Positions 51,595 to 63,810 are shown, numbered from the stretch's first letter. The stretch: 64,000 bases of DNA from Raja brachyura (GCA_963514005.1 OY740787.1:69440001-69504000), one strand, 5' to 3'. The notes: generated from the letters alone by a model not told the origin. A program made the numbers and translations.

Positions 51595-51922
51595 GCCGCC
51601 CACCACCCCGCTTGCTCACCTCCCCCCCTCCCCCTCCCCCCCCCCCCCACTGCTCACCCCCCCCCCACCACCACCACCTCAACCCCTCCTGCTCACCCCC
51701 CCTCCTGCTCACCGCCCCTCCCTCCCCCCGCTCACCCCCGCCCCCCCCCACCACCCCGCCTGCTCACCCCCCCCCCCCCACCACCACCCCGCCTGCTCCC
51801 CCTCCCTCCCCCTCCCCCCACTGTTCACCTCCCCTCACCACCGCGCCTGCCCCCCCCGCCTCCCCCCCCACCCCCTGCTCACCCCCCCCCCCTACCCCCA
51901 CCCCCACCTCCCTCCCCCGCTC
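51595..51922. repeat. C-rich minisatellite / low-complexity tract (unit about CCCCGCCTGCTCACCCCCCC)
   Basis: Repeated (C)TGCTCACCCC units. It generates the spurious Pro-rich and Gly-rich ORFs. Confidence 0.85.
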
Positions 51923-51925
51923 ATT

Positions 51926-52020
51926 CCGTACGATGAAGGGCCGCAACCTGAAACGTCGACTATCGATTTCGTCCACAGATGCTGTCTGGCCAGTTGAATT
52001 CCTCCAGCGATTTGCTTCTG
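51926..52020 (+). mobile_element. Diverged Penelope-type terminal repeat with degenerate hammerhead motif
   Basis: CGATGA-AGG-GCCGCAA-CCT-GAAACGTCGAC...TCCACAGATGCTG...TCCTCCAGC is related to the family at 59841. Confidence 0.6.
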
Positions 52021-52854
52021 CTCAATACTGTTCAGGCAGGTGAGCAAAAAGGAAGCTCTTAACCTACTTCAGTCTCTTCTTTATATAATTACATATTATA
52101 CCTATTTCAGTTTTGATGCAATTTTGCATCTTTTAGAGCCATTATTAAACATGAAGTTACCGTTTGGAAAGATAAGGACATCTACTTATTTGTTATATCT
52201 CCCGGAAGAAAGTTAATTGGTTTCTCTACGTGTTTGAAAAGCAGCGTTAGGAATCGCAAACTCTCGATCTACGGGATAATCCGACATAATTTGGTCGTTT
52301 TAAACGCCCCTTTAACTACTCCCTAAAACCATTCCCAAACAGATCTGATATGCATTACTCTGAAGTAAAGCAGCGCATAGCAGAGAAAAAGGCTTTAAAA
52401 ATATATAACCTAGTTGCACCGCGTTGCAGAACGGGACCCTGCCAGGAAAACCTGAAACTGTTTAAACGGCCTTTAGACGTATTCAGTCATTGATTTGTTT
52501 GTGATGTAACTATAGTAACTCAGTCCGTGACTCTGTCATGATTGCACCCCCTATTTTGATGATCGCCCTGCCATAAAACAAGTGCTAGCAGCAAAGGAAG
52601 GGAGCGCCTTTACGCCGTGTGCGCCACCATCGCCCTCTCCTTGCTGTGCATCGCTAACACGCGTCTACGACCCCAGGTAACAGCGAGCACTTACCTCTCG
52701 GAGCATCGACCGTTGCATGGTCTTTGCACTGCGGACGTCTCTGCGCGCTGTGCTGATGATGTGATCCTAATGGAAGATGAGCGCAATGAAGGGTCCGCTC
52801 CTCTCGGAGATAAGCGGGGACCTCCGACCGCCATGGAATAGCGCTGCTAGTGGT

Positions 52855-52890
52855 TGCTGTGATTGGGCGGGCGTGGTAACGTGACTTTCC
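52855..52890 (+). promoter_or_regulatory. HoxD1 proximal promoter (CCAAT, GC box, E-box-like)
   Basis: GATTGGGCGGGCGTGGTAACGTGAC about 130-155 nt upstream of the ATG, within a CpG-rich stretch. Confidence 0.6.
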
Positions 52891-53015
52891 TGCTCTATAT
52901 TAGGAATATTTACTTCCTCTACGTCGGAAGTGAAGGATCTGTTATGTTGTTCGGGAATAGACAGTAATCAACCCGCGCCAAGCATCGCATTCCCCTCCAG
53001 CCCGTCATTGGAAGA

Positions 53016-54263
53016 ATGAACTCTTATTTAGAATATATCCCGGGTGCAGATATTCTGACGTTTTCTCCAAAGTTCTATCGCAGCGATTCCCCATGTGTCC
53101 CGTTGAAGCAGTGCCTCGGAGAAGGTCGGTATGGAGCAATTGGACCGGAAGGTAATTCATCTCTCAGCCATCGTCACCTCAATCATCTCCATCAAGCCGT
53201 GCCTGCTAGTCTCGAACTTTACAGCTACAACTCCTCTCCAACTGCCGATGTTAACGTCTTAGCTCAAAGTTACCAGGGCTGTGACTTTCCCTACGCTGAT
53301 CACCAAGAGCTGGATGACACTGGTGAACTTTTCTCACACACCACCTCTGTTTACTCAGGAGCCACCTCTTTGCCGTTCAGTGTGCGCCGGCATGAGTACA
53401 GTGTATTTGGTGATCAGGAGGAGGAACAATATCAAACCTATGGCAAAGAGTTCCCAAACTTTTACTCCGGGCAATACCAGAGTCTATCTCCTTCTCAGGA
53501 CCTTTACCAAAGTCCGGAGTCTCCCACAACCGTAAGAATCCCCACAGCGAACACCTTCGAATGGATGAAAGTGAAGAGAAATCCTCCCAAAACAGGTCAG
53601 TTTAACCTTTAGGTGAGAATGCTTAACCTCTTCATCTCACGCATCTGCGCTCTCGTGGGTGCCGTCTGTAGCGCGCGTTAAAAGCAATAATATAGTGCTA
53701 ACCCTTTCTAGACACCGAGATAATGTAACTGGTGAAAGGTGTGGTTCTTGGTGTTCGTTTTCACTTCCCACGTTCATATGAACGGCATTAATGTTGTTAG
53801 AACACAAGAACAGTGAAGTGAAAAAGTGCCAATGTTGAAATGTGCTTACTTCTGCTTCCCACGACACTCTGCTTAACTCGCCTCTATGTGTTTTGTAGTC
53901 AAACCAACTGACCAGGGAGTCGTCAGCCCCCTCAACAGTGTGCGCACAAATTTCACCACCAAACAACTGACAGAATTGGAGAAGGAATTCCACTTCAATA
54001 AATACTTAACGCGGGCCAGGCGTGTGGAAATAGCGAACGCTCTGCAGCTTAGTGAAACTCAGGTGAAAATTTGGTTCCAGAACAGAAGAATGAAACAAAA
54101 GAAGAGAGAAAGAGAAGGCCTCCTCGGGAGTCTAGTCTGCTTGGGCGGTAGTCAGGACTCACCGCTCACAGAAACTTCTGAAAAATCGGACTCTTGCTCG
54201 TCATTGCCTTCCCCACCAACAATGAGCATTTCAGAAACTCCCAACTTCGCTGAATTGAAATAA
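53016..54263 (+). CDS. hoxd1: Homeobox protein Hox-D1; exon 1 53016-53595, exon 2 53899-54263, 314 aa
   Basis: MNSYLEY start, [14 protein letters not shown] hexapeptide, labial-class homeodomain [61 protein letters not shown]. The 945 nt spliced CDS is in frame. Confidence 0.96.
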
Positions 54264-57238
54264 TTGTAGCGATAAAAAGCAAGACTTGGTTTTGAAGCCA
54301 CGTAATTTACACAAAGTATCTGCCTCAATGTACTGGAATCACTTAGCACATGACAATGTTTTTCACATTTATTGTATAGCTGCCAGAAGGTGAAGCGTTT
54401 GTATATATTGGTTTGAAATGATTTTAAATGCTCTAGTTATTCAATTGGGCACCATGAGGTTCGCTCAGTATTTTCACTTTGATCTGCAATGTACATCAAC
54501 ATGTACTATTACAAGTTAGGAGCAATTGTGAAACCATATGTATAACTCTACTTGTGATAGTAAAACGTTCTTTACTCGTTTACACAAGCCGCAGGTCAGC
54601 TGTTGTAAGTGAAGTCTGACCGTGTGAGGCTGCTACAGGTTTACTGCTTTACTCTATATACTGACTTGCTGAGTTTGTCACTTTTGTTAAGTAAATTGTT
54701 TACATGTATGTTTTTTATTGATTTATGTGTGATGACAATGAGAATGTAACCTAGCATGTTGGACACAGCTCCTCAATGAATGGAATTTGCACAATTTATG
54801 CCTCAGGTTAAAAGGTGTGGTTGCTGCTATGTAACACTGTGCCTATCTACAATTCCTTCTCGAGTGAATATACTACATAGCCACTCTACCTCGGTTACAC
54901 CACTGTAAATTTAAAAAAAGGTGAAGATCAGGTTGTATTCTGCTTTATTATGTGCAACGACTTAAAATGCCTGTAATTTTTAATCTGTGATAAGTAATCA
55001 TTTGTCAGCTTTAGTAGTTATTGTACAAAACAATAACCAGAGCTAAGAACATTAAAAACAACATGAGCTTGGAAAACAATGTGCTTGAAATAAAATATTC
55101 CAAATTGTAAACTAACTGGTGCAATCATCTCAATTAATTCTCTCCATGTATTGTACTCCTTTGGGGCAAATGGACAGAGAATGTGTTTTCTTTGATCTGA
55201 ATGTACTTCAAGGAAGAAAACCTCCAGCGGTTCAATGCATAACTCAACTGTTTAACACACTGCCAACTAGAATAATAAAGAGGTCTGCAACTTGTAGGTG
55301 ATATATGGATGGCCTCCATAAATTGGAATCACTGTCATTTTACATTTTATTGTCATTGATACCCTAATGTTTGTGCAGTCAAAATATTTGATGGATATAG
55401 AGCATTCTCTTTCTGTACCAAGGGAGGAAAAGGAAGCAAGCTTCTGCATTATTAACAAAATATAATGAGTTAACTTGTATAGAACATCTTTGCTCAGCAA
55501 ATGTCTACCCAATGATCAATATATTAAAAGAGAGAGAACATTCAACGACTTCCTGTACAATTTCACAAAAGACATTTGTTTGTTTATTAGCTTTTTGTAC
55601 CATGTGCTATTGGGCTAACTAGGACTTGTCTTTATCACCAGATTATAGACATAAGCTTTCCATAGTTGCTGAGTGTTAGGAGAAAAAGTCAATTGGTGAT
55701 GACAGCATCCATTTATTTTTCAAAAAGGAAGATTAACAAGATAGTATAGAGGCTAAAATGTAATAAAGAACAGTTTTGCTACTAAATAAGAAATGGCAGT
55801 TGTAAAATTTGACAAAATTACACACAATTTCTTAATGGATATTTCTCACATTTATTCTTGGACAGCTGTATTTGGATGACAACATATGCTGGCATCTTGC
55901 TGTTAATACGTTGTAATTCAGCGTTTACTCTGCAACTCTAACTTCATTTAGAGCACAGCTATATAAGTAGCCAACTGAATCCATGTTACAAATTATGGTT
56001 GATTTTATAGATGATGATGGTAATTATGACAATAATAATTTTGAGCAGTTATTAACTAATCCTCAATATGCTTGGCATAACATTAACTGAGCATACAGAG
56101 TATCGATGCAAAACAAGTTGCGATAAGCAAAACAACTTTATTTTACACGACGCCTTCAGCTGGACCTCTGGTCTCCGCCTTATAGCACTTCTGAAATATA
56201 GGTACGATAACAAAGTATTTACACTTCCGCGCATGTCATTACCTTTCAAGATGGCTTGTGATTAACGGTATATTCACTACGCCCAAAATCTTAATTTGGG
56301 TTAAACTTGAAGGTGTATTTTAAACATTTGGCTATTAAAAAAAAAGCCATTTTCAACATGAGTTGCTTACAATATGATATTCCATTAGGTTTTAATTGTC
56401 TGATTTTCTGCATTATTCAAACGAGAAAATCGCAAATCAAAATGCCATTGTATGTTTAAAACGAAACAGGTTTTGAATAAAGCCAGTAAACACGAAGAAC
56501 GCAATCAACATGCCGATATTTTACATCCAAATGTTTCGACCATTTGGTTTTGTCGGCTTAGTGTTAATTGCAGTTCCACTGAAATAACATACAGCAGTCT
56601 CCAAGAAGCGGCATTTCAAAGAATGGCTGAAGCCGTAAATTTTACAATGCCCTCCTTGGGAATCAATTCGGAGATCTTTGATATGAATTCCACGATCCTT
56701 TGATGATGACTTGTGGTTGTATTTTTCTGCGCCCAGGGAAACGCCTCATTCAGAACTTTATTGTACATCTTATTTATTTTATTTTTAGGCAACGACATAT
56801 GTTAGACCCAGACCGAGAGAGTGGTTTAAAAACGTGATACATTTTGGAGAGCTTAAGTATGTGATGCTCGGTTACGCCTCGGGAGATGGCATATCCTGGT
56901 GCGATTGCATGTTATAAACTTGCAGATCTTTTGTTTTGTCCCTTGCTGTTCGGCGCCTATTGTTCGCTTTTATGTTATCATACCTCTGATCCCAGTCGCG
57001 ATTACTCCCCAAAGCTCCCGAAGACGTGGGGGATGCGAGGGATTTTATTAGCACAATGCGAAAACTGTTCGTTACTGTGCCTTGTATTGTAAAGGCTACA
57101 ATACTCGTTTGCACTTGTTTGATATCCCGTTTTACTCCTGCTCACAGCGGAAGAACTATTCAATATTTACTCTGGCTGAATGGGGTTGTGGAAGGGTGAA
57201 CCATAGCAGGCATCCCACCGACCCCACCCCCAGAACCA

Positions 57239-57255
57239 GGTTCACTGAAAGTTCA
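57239..57255 (+). promoter_or_regulatory. DR5 RARE 3' of HoxD1
   Basis: GGTTCA-ctgaa-AGTTCA is one base from the recalled Hoxa1 3' RARE (GGTTCAccgaaAGTTCA) and lies about 3 kb downstream of the stop codon. Confidence 0.8.
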
Positions 57256-57779
57256 CTGGAAAAAAAAAACACCAAATCGATCCTTGGTCTTCTTTGGTTC
57301 CCATTGTGATCACAATCTCTGCCCTTTTTTTCTTTCAAATATAAACAGCACGAAATATAGTCGTGTATTTATCTAATCGAGAAAAAACGAGTTTAATATT
57401 CGGGAGCATCTTTAAATTAAGGTGACGCGTACTTCTTATCTTTAAATAGACTCCAAAGGTCAGAGTTCACCGTGGCACTGCATAAATGAATATTTAACCT
57501 AACTTTATGGCTGACGTACAATTAATATGCCGGCAATTCGTTGCGTTCGTGGAAAATTCAAGGGCGTGTCAGCCATGGACTATTCGCTGATGTCGATTAA
57601 TTTTGAGCATTAAACCCCCATGATAAAACATTTATCAAAATGACAGTGCACCATGCTGTACCTCTAAAACACCAAAAAACAAACAGTATATTGAAAATGT
57701 GAGGGTACACAAAATGTGATTTTCGCTGCCGGACATTGAGGGGCTGAGTCCGATGGGGTCTCCCCTTAAACAGGGAATG

Positions 57780-58085
57780 TATATCACCGGAGATAGACAC
57801 AAAAAGCTGGAGTAACTCAGCGGGGCAAGCAGCATCTCTGGAGAGAAGGAATTGGTGATGTTTCGGGTCGAGTGACGTTCGGGTTCGATGACGTTCATAT
57901 CACCCTATGGGCCACAAGCGCAGTCTGTCCACAGATAGGTGCGAACACTCCCGTGTATGAAGAAGGGGTTCGACCCGAAAAATCACCTCTTTTTTTCTCC
58001 AGATACGCTGCCTGACCCGCTTGGTTACTCCAGCACTTTGTGTCTATCTCCGGTGATATACCAGCATCTGCAGTTCTTTTCTACA
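57780..58085. mobile_element. Inverted pair of Penelope-type terminal repeats (- copy 57780-57872, + copy 57957-58085)
   Basis: A perfect 24-bp inverted repeat, TATATCACCGGAGATAGACACAAA (57780-57803) with 58037-58060. Same family as 59841. Confidence 0.75.
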
Positions 58086-58663
58086 CCACTGAGTATGATA
58101 TTACCGAATGCATGGACTGAGAATGTATGAAGAGTTTTTTGCACCGTTTTTCTTGTGTATTTTTTAAAAATTTGGAATAAAGTCTATTTTGGTGGGAAAA
58201 AAAGATAATATTAAGTTTGTTGCAACTGCTTCCTATCACCCAAAGATATGAAGAACGTGTTTCAGTCAGCGCTGCAGGGAAACCAATGTTTCTGCGAAAT
58301 GTACTGCTGACAAAACTAATGCAATAAAGAAGCCCTTCGGCACCGACAGGATTGGCGCAGCGATGATAACATCATTCCGTGGCAGCCCTGCTCCTTCTTG
58401 TGTCGAGTTTATCACTTTGCCCTGGAAACATGTAATGAATATAAAGATGATCCGCAAATTCAACTGTCCACCCTTTGTCATTTCTGCCACCCACAGCACT
58501 AGGACAACGAGTACATCTGATGATGATGATGATGGTGATACTTTATTGCCATATGTACCTCGGTGCAGTGAAATGCTTTGCTTATTTCCTCTACCTTCGG
58601 TATCCCGAAGGGACCTTTCCTTCAACTGCAACGGAGTGCGTTCTTGCTGCACCTGGCCTTCCA

Positions 58664-58720
58664 GTGGCACTAACCCTTATATGCAGGAGATGGAACACCT
58701 GCCATCTTACATCCTGACTT
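58664..58720 (+). mobile_element. Degenerate Penelope-like ORF fragment (Cys-rich linker)
   Basis: Frameshifted GT.P / CRRWNTCHLTS resembles the recalled GTFPCNRRRCNTCPYTS zinc-finger linker between RT and GIY-YIG. Confidence 0.35.
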
Positions 58721-58924
58721 TCCATCGTCAATGCTAAATATTACTGCAAAGTGATCAAGGTTTTTCCGCCGCTTGTAGCACCTTCGATTTCGTGTCCCTT
58801 GATATAATCAGGAAGAATAAACACCGTGCGGATTACCGCAGACCCTTTGCTAGAACAGCACACCAAGCTCTCTGTCCACAACCACGTACACTGTTCCCAC
58901 GAAACTGAATTTAAGTGCCATGAA

Positions 58925-59200
58925 ATAATACAGCAAGGAAACGGCCCCTTCGGTTCCTCGTGTCCGTGCGGGCCATCAAGTACCCGTCTACACGAATCCA
59001 ATTATCCGGCGCTCGGCACATCGCCTTCTATGCTTTTATGCCACGGCATTTCCAGTGATTATCTAAATATTCCGTGAATGCTATGAGACTATCGGCCCCC
59101 AACATTGCAACTGGTCCACTCCCCCGCCTCGGGCACTGCATTCCAGATTTCGGTGAAAACAAAACTTCATTTAAATCTCATCCCGACCTTAAACTTTCAC
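58925..59200 (-). mobile_element. CR1-type LINE 3' end (antisense)
   Basis: ATACAGCAAGGAAACGGCCCCTTCGG...GCCTTCTATGC...GCACTGCATTCCAGATT...GGTGAAAA resembles the reverse complement of chondrichthyan CR1 3' ends. Confidence 0.6.
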
Positions 59201-59767
59201 CCCCCGATTTAAAGGGGGAGGGGGAGGGGGAGAGGCCTCATAATTTTGGACGACCCAATTATTTCTCCGCACAGCGTTCAACGCTGCAAGGAATATAAAA
59301 CCCGCCAAACTCAATTCCCTTCAAAGTTGGAACCGTGCATCCCAGACGTAACTTCTTCAAGTACAGCACCTCACCTTTCCATTAGGCACTTCTGCACTGT
59401 TCACTGAATGTAACCTTTCGGGTTAACAGCTGCATACATTGTTCTTCAGCTAATAATAATTAGAGATGATTCCGCTTTCCATTCACCTTTCGTCTCTTTA
59501 AGCTTTTGCTTTGACTGACCCTTTAAAAAAATGTCTGCCTTGGTCTTCCATCACACGCCTTCTCTTTATAATTTGTTTAATGTTATCCTTCTTAGCGTCC
59601 TCACTTGCTTAAAAGTTATTATATCTATTACAGTCTCCAGTTCTTATGAACGGCCATTAACCCAGTACATTAATTTTGTTTCCCCTTCCATGACACTGGC
59701 TGACCGCTTAACATTCAGAGCATTGTCTGTATTTGCGTTTTATAAACACAGCTAAAAATGAAACCAA

Positions 59768-59936
59768 TGTGTAGGAAGGAACTGCAGGCTGGTTTACACC
59801 GAGGATAGACACTAATTTCTGGAGTAACAGCGGGGCAGGTGTCTGAAGAAGGGTCTTGACCCGAAACGTCACCCATTCCTTCTCTCCAGAGATGCTGCCT
59901 GTCTCGCTGAGATATTCCAGCATGTTGTGTCTATCT
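59768..59936. mobile_element. Inverted pair of Penelope-type terminal repeats (- 59768-59839, + 59841-59936)
   Basis: GATAGACAC...GGAGTAAC on the left mirrors TTCCAGC...GTGTCTATC on the right. Confidence 0.75.
59838..59876 (+). ncRNA. Minimal type I hammerhead ribozyme motif (complete core)
   Basis: CTGAAGA (59843-59849), extra A, stem II GGGTC-TT-GACCC, GAAA (59863-59866), then CGTC with predicted cleavage after GUC at 59870. Stem I is only marginal. Confidence 0.55.
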
Positions 59937-60881
59937 AAAAATGAAAGCATTTGCTTGTTCTGGTAGCACCCCATAACTCTTGCTCCGAGAACGAAGACTC
60001 GGATCTTCTTGAGTGCATGTTGTTTAAACATGCAAATTATCCATGTGACACTTCTAGGCGAATAACTCTCGCCATTGGCTTGGCCTGATATTTATCTGAG
60101 TATAATTATTTGATTAGGGCGCTCCATGAATAATTATTTATTTAACTGTTGCTCCTTCACGACTTATTTCACTCACTGTAACTTTTACAGGAATGACATG
60201 AAAGTCAACATTGATACAGGAAATAAATCTTAAACACAGTTCCAAAATGTTATATGTAGGAAGGAACTGCAGATGCTGATTATATATTTAAATGTAAATA
60301 GTTTAGAAATTATTTGACATTGATACTTCTTGACCTGGTAAGAGGCAAGCCTAGTAAATACAGAATTGTATATCCATTACTCCATGTGGAGGACCTGCTG
60401 TTCTTAATCGAGCGATGTAACATTAATTATTCGAGCAGTCTTACTGCGTAAATATGGAACCTGTGCGACAAGAATCGTGGTAACATTGTCCTACAACTGA
60501 GAAGAGACGATTATAAACTGTATCTTCGGCATGGTTCCTTCGTTAAATATGCTTGATGTTATTGAGATCCGGAAAACAAGTCGCGCAATCTTGGATACAT
60601 TTGCGTTGAAATTAAGATTAGTTAAGAAACAATAGTTTCTTAGGAAATAATTTAAATGTATATCTTATGTTTTGTTTGCTCGTTGCATTATATTTTGTTT
60701 GCTCATTGCTCATTATTTTGTAGCATTGCATTTGAAATTCGAAATCTGTTCGCGTAAAATCTTCAAGCCATGTTTAGATATGGGCGATCATTAGAGATCT
60801 GGCAATTACAATGGAAAAAAAGAACTTAATATAGGTATGACCATTCCCTTTAGCGGGACAAGTTGCGAAGCGTTTACGTAA

Positions 60882-60966
60882 AGATAGACACATAAAGCTG
60901 GAGTAACTCAGCGGGACACGCAGCATCTCTGGAGAGAAGGATGGGTGACGTTTCAGGTCGAGACCC
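60882..60966 (-). mobile_element. Penelope-type terminal repeat copy, truncated within the hammerhead
   Basis: AGATAGACACATAAAGCTGGAGTAACTCAGCGGG...GGGTGACGTTTCAGGTCGAGACCC. A further 25-nt fragment lies at 60254-60278. Confidence 0.75.
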
Positions 60967-61833
60967 AGTGGTTACGTATTTAGCTACGCGTGTTTCTTTT
61001 ATCCTTCGGAGCATAGTTATGTACAAATGCACGTGAGACATTATTGGTTGCAAGAAAAACCGTTGATTGTACTCGGGTTCAAGCGAAGAGCATCATTTTT
61101 TTTCTCTTTTCTAAAGTGTTTCGGAAACAAAAACCATCGCCAATAATTGCAGCCGATTGTGGAAATCAGCCAGGAAGGCCCAACCTTCATGGGTTACACG
61201 CTGCTTAGGAGCACACGAATAAAAATCAAATTGTCAATGTCTGTTTTAAGATTTAGTTAAAATTATGAACAGGTTAGGACAAAAAAGACCTCTATCTTTG
61301 CATTGCTATTTTGTTAAGACATCAAGAAGGCGGATCAGACAAATACAAACTAATCAATTCGCTTTTGTACGTCTTGGTTAAAAACTGATCATTGTGGATT
61401 AACTGAGTCAATATGTAAACACAACATATTTATTAACACTTTTAATTGATGAATATCATAACATATGTATCATAAGGCTTGTTAGTATAGTAACAGTGCT
61501 GGAAATTGATTTAAAATTGTAACAGTGGAACTGTCAAATTTTGTGTAACGATACCTAGTAAGTAATATTGTCTGATTTGCACGTGGAAATATTATACTGA
61601 ATCTGATACTGAGTTATGCATCAAGTTATCCAAATTGAATTGCTTCAGTGTGATTATTCCATTTGATTACCTCACAATATTCATAGCAGTTAAATGCAAA
61701 GCGACGTTCCACAATTCCATGCTTTTTATTCTAAACGGCATGTCAATTTTCGATATCTCCTAAATTCATTAGTGTAAATCTATTGATTGATAAGTTTGAA
61801 ATAGACACCGAAATGGGAAAACTCGCTGTATAT

Positions 61834-61933
61834 ATCCTTCGCTGTTCTCTGCTCCCAGCCAGTTTATATATGTGAATCGTGATCCTTCGCTGTTCTCTGC
61901 TCCCAGCCAATTTATACATGTGAATCGTGATCC
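61834..61933. repeat. 48-bp tandem duplication (2 copies + 4 nt)
   Basis: ATCCTTCGCTGTTCTCTGCTCCCAGCCA(G/A)TTTATA(T/C)ATGTGAATCGTG at 61834 and 61882. Confidence 0.9.
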
Positions 61934-63312
61934 GACCAAACCTACAGAAAAAACAATACAATAGATTTGCAGTAGAAATGGCGGTTATGTAATCGCGAAT
62001 CCCAGTCCACTATGAAGAAGATTTTGCAATCAATACATTTCATATTTTCTTGAACAAATTGTTTCTTTGGGAAATCGAAAGCATCTACATTATTCGGAGC
62101 AAAGATAACTGAAGATTCATTCTACTTGCCATTTTATAGTAGGATTTAAATCACCTTTCCCTTTCTTTTGTACGCAAGAGGATTTCATGTTTGAGTAAAT
62201 ATATTTCCCTGGAATATCGATCTACAAATAACCAGGAAACCAGAATTTATACTTATTTGACTCGACAGCTATTAAAATTGGTTCACAAATTATTTTGAAT
62301 TATGTTGCCTGTCATTGACATGGTGCAATACCAAACACTATCAAACTATGTCGGGGAAGTCTATATTTGGCGAGAATGTAATCGAGCTCTCTTTTCTGAG
62401 GCATGTTGAGCACTTACTAGTTAAATAGGCAAGATGCATTAACCATCAATTCTCATTTCACTTCTCATCTATTCTCTGAGAACAGTAATATTTTTGGGTA
62501 GAAGAGGACTGGTTAACGCACTTGGCTGGAGACTGACCGACCTCTGACAGTCTTGTTGAAATTCAGTGCTGACAGAATAAATGAATTTGTCAGTGTCAGC
62601 GCCCTAAGTGAGTTTGGTCAGTCAGTATCTAGTAACTAGTTAACGTGGGCCTGCGGCACAGAACTCTCCAGTTCGGTACGAATTGACAGCTTCTCTCGGA
62701 GAAGCCACATATCTGGTGTGGTAAATTGGAAAACAAATCACGTCAGCGTAACAGCGCACGATGTTAGGACCAAATAGAACTGAGCTTTCTACACGACCTG
62801 GAAGTGTTTGATGATGACACCGGACGCCTGAAGTGAAATCAATTCAATATCCCAGCAATGAGGCGCAATTCCAAGATCCTATTGATATCTGCGTTTGTTA
62901 ATCGCTGAAATAAATGTAATTTTTCGGAGCTTACATTTTATTTATTGATGTAAATACGCGGTTGTTTTACGCTGTTCATCAAATATGAGTGTTCCAATTC
63001 TAAGTTATAATTTGAACACCACTTTTTTTAAATTATTATCGCCAATGAATCCCTTTAGAATTTTCCAAATCGGTCCCAGATATTAATTATAATTTCTCTA
63101 TAATGGTCTTAACTACTATTTCATTTTAGGTCCACGATGAATCAAAAGTTTGGTGAAATGTACGAATTGGAAGATGGTTCATGGAAATTATAGAATTAAA
63201 TATGATGTGTGTTACAGACTAGCAAATGCGTGTATTCGTGGTCGAGCAGGTTGTCCAAGTTAAATTGTTAGTTCTACAATTAATCATTTTTACATCAGAG
63301 CTTCACGAATTT

Positions 63313-63410
63313 GAAGATAGGCACAAAGTGCTGGAGTAACACAGCGGCTCAGATGGCATCTCTGGAGAGAAGGGATGGGTGACGTTTCGGGTCGAGATCC
63401 TACTCCAGAC
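63313..63410 (-). mobile_element. Penelope-type terminal repeat copy, degenerate hammerhead
   Basis: Same family. The minus strand reads CTGGAGT...GACCCGAAACGTC (CUGANGA mutated). Confidence 0.72.
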
Positions 63411-63601
63411 TCTCTGCCGCGACCCCCCACCCCTCCGTTTTCTTTTCTCAATCATGAGAGCTCTTCCACAAAAAAATGCAGCTGGGGCTGTCGTGACTGA
63501 ATTCTCTGACCCCCCCCCCCCCCCCCCCCCATCCAATAAAGGACGCTTGTGGTCATGTATTGGTCGTAATAGTTTTGCGTAGTGGGTCTGTCAATTGTTT
63601 G

Positions 63602-63810
63602 GACACAAAGTGCGAGGGTAACTCAGCGGGTTTGGCACAATCTCTGGAAAAAAAGAATGGGTGATGCTTCGGGTCGGGACCCATCTTCAGAACCGAAACG
63701 TCACCCGTTCTTTTTCTCCAGAGATGTTCCCGGACTAGCTGAGTTACTTCAGCACTTTGTGTCTATCTTTGGTATGAACCAGCATCTGCAGTATTTTTTT
63801 TTCTCTACAG
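63602..63810. mobile_element. Inverted pair of Penelope-type terminal repeats (- 63602-63691, + 63693-63810)
   Basis: GACACAAAGTGC...GGGTCGGGACCCATCTTCAG is directly followed by CCGAAACGTCACCC...GCACTTTGTGTC. Confidence 0.75.

Noticed and set aside
51530-52043. Pro-rich and Gly-rich ORFs of 61-155 aa
   Set aside because: By-products of the C-rich minisatellite. They lack stops only because of base composition.
58266-58737. Overlapping 80-134 aa ORFs 3' of HoxD1
   Set aside because: A mosaic of (GAT)n microsatellite and decayed retroelement fragments, with no coherent gene structure.
61834-61933. Direct repeats as a possible CRISPR-like array
   Set aside because: A simple two-copy tandem duplication without spacers, in vertebrate DNA.
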